Source: Paraspadella gotoi
Taxonomy: Eukaryota; Animalia; Chaetognatha
Assembly (NCBI GenBank): GCA_051294375.1
Contig: CM119263.1
Location: 10,872,703 to 10,936,702 of the forward strand
Length of the DNA stretch: 64,000 bases
Direction of reading: 5' to 3'
This document shows positions 61,731-64,000 of this stretch, piece by piece. Each line of letters opens with the position of its first letter. The stretch's first letter is position 1. The notes beneath the pieces are model-generated. The model did not search any database, was not told the origin of the DNA, and was given only the letters and a program-made list of their open reading frames with translations. A program made the position numbers and the translations under genes.

Positions 61731-62833
61731 AAAAAAGAAAAAAAGAAAAAAAGAAAAAAGAAAAAAAGAAAAAAAGAAAAAAAGAAAGAAAGAAAGAAAA
61801 AATCTTTAGGTTTTAACATAAGGGTTAATAATGGCGCCAAACCACAATGTGCGATGTAAAAATCGGTTGATTTAATAACTCTTAGATAAGATTTCAATCA
61901 GAGCAAAACACGTTTTTTTTATTTTCGTGCGCCGATTTATTCCCTCAATGGTCATACAGACAGATAATCAAGCGACAACGACAGGGCTCGAAAGACGAAC
62001 TCCCGGTGATTTGTTTCTTCTTTTTATAATTATCATACATTTATGTAGTAGAAGGGAAAAAACTCCATGAGAAAAGGGCTCTCCTTTCCTCCCTGTGCTC
62101 CCGGCACTAAGGCTTTGTTTATATTTTGTACACCTTTTGTTTACATTTTATAACGCGACGTCCAACTAAACAAAATCCCGCAACTCTGGAAGACGAGAGG
62201 ATAAATAAATAAATAAATAAATTTTAATTTCACCAGACTAGAATCGCCTTTCTCTTTTAGAATAATGATGAAAAAAGAATCTTTGTTTTTTTCGCTAAGA
62301 GTAGAGCATTTTAGAAAAAGATCCCTCACTAACTCCTTTTTAGTCTTCGTCTCTCAAGAAATATTTTTCCTCTTCTTTTTTCCTTTTCTTATTCAAAAAA
62401 TAAGTGGGTCATTCGAACTAAGGCGTTGATTTTAAGAACGATATATCGTGGAAGAAAACCATTCATATTCAATATTCATTTTTGTAAAATAATTTTTGGA
62501 CTAACTCCAAACTTTAAAGACTTTTAATTTTATGTTTCAAATTAAAAAAAAAACATAAAGTTAACTTTTTGTTTTGGTAACTCAAATAAGTACAACAACT
62601 GCTATAGTATTACAAAAACAATCACCACGTTCAAACCTTGAATTTTAAGAATCTCGTCATTAAAGATTTAAAGATACAAAACTTTTTTGTAAAATTATAG
62701 AAGTCGTTTTGTTTCGAGATTGCTTTGAGAAAGAGGTGGAGATGGAAATGACACCTTTCTCATGAAGAATTATGAGGAAATGGGTTTGACAAGAAAACTT
62801 TCAAGTCAAAGGTGTTTCGAAAATAAATCGAGC

Positions 62834-62943
<110 letters not shown>

Positions 62944-64000
62944 CTTTCCCGCCAAAAAAATGCGCAGTTTTCTCATCAATCGATGAAGATATAAAAAATA
63001 TACATAAAAAAAGATTATCTCGGTTTCTAAAAAAATAGGGAGAGTACGTATCTGCACTTTAAATGAAAATATACAACAAAAAAAAGGTTTTAATATTTTT
63101 TTATTCAAAATCATGCTAACCTCGAATCGCTTCGGCGCATCGTACGCCCTCCAGCGCCGAAACGGAGAAACAAAAAAAAATAAGAGGAGCGCAGAAAACG
63201 GACGCCCGACAGCGACGCAATGTTTTGTCCGGGGCTTCGTTTGACTCGACAGGAAAACTCTGGGCGCTGGACATCCGGCCGACTAATGCTTTTTGCGGCT
63301 GAGGGGCGCGTTTAATCCTCGAAATGGACTCGTCCGAGAGCAGAGGGTCGCGTGAGTTGACGTGGAAAGGCAGCGCCAACTTTGGCCTTCGCAGATGATC
63401 TAGAAGACGGAGGATCGACGTGAAAAAGGATACGACGGGGAAATGGGCGAGGACGGGCGACCGAAATTCTTTTAATTTTCGCTTCCAACTCAAACTCGTG
63501 AAAAAGTCGATCCTTTTGCGATTTCGCGTCATCGTCGTCGAAGATTTGACAGAGAAAACAAATGCGGGAGCGAAAATTCGTGAGATTTGCGTGAAAAGAT
63601 TTTTTTTTGGGGTGGAGGGGGGGGGAAGGGAAAGAGGTCTTTCGGGTGTCGATTTTCGTGAGTAGATTTGAGATTCGATTCTTCCGTCTCTGGAAGACGT
63701 GAGTCGATCGAAGTAAAAAGAAATATAATACACACCAAAAAGTTTCACTTTCTTAACCTTTTTGCCGCCCCATGGAGAACAAGTGAAGGTCTCTCTTCGC
63801 AATTCGCTCACAATTGTTTTATATTAACTTATTTTGTTTTTTTCCCCGTCTGCACAATTTTTTGTCGAATAACAACTTGAACGGGCTAAGGCATACTTCA
63901 TTGATGCCATGTTCAATTTATGTTGTAAAAATAATTGACACAATGATGAATTTAAAATTCCATATCCGTATTGGTCGTTTTTTTGGGTTTTTTTTTTTTT

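Overview
Gappy draft assembly of an invertebrate animal genome, with spliceosomal GT-AG introns, abundant (AG)n, (GAC)n and (AAAG)n microsatellites, and N-gaps. Most ORF-track entries are microsatellite or N-run artefacts. By manual splicing I find five main things. (1) A decayed non-LTR retrotransposon at about 0.25-3.1 kb. (2) A minus-strand gene of at least 35 kb (17.66-52.8 kb) encoding an EVA-1/EVA1C-like receptor with two SUEL lectin domains, one TM helix and a long low-complexity tail. (3) Two intact tandem 4-exon paralogs at 56.7-61.0 kb, plus a probable decayed third copy at 55.6-56.3 kb. They encode secreted, probably GPI-anchored proteins made of three copies of an 8-cysteine module I do not recognise. 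(4) Two related minimal type-I hammerhead ribozyme motifs of the Penelope/retrozyme kind: one inside a 176-bp palindrome, one downstream of a tRNA-Gly-like SINE head. (5) Further palindromes, a foldback element, minisatellites and a decayed multi-exon sequence nested antisense in an EVA-1 intron. All calls come from reading by eye; no database search was run.
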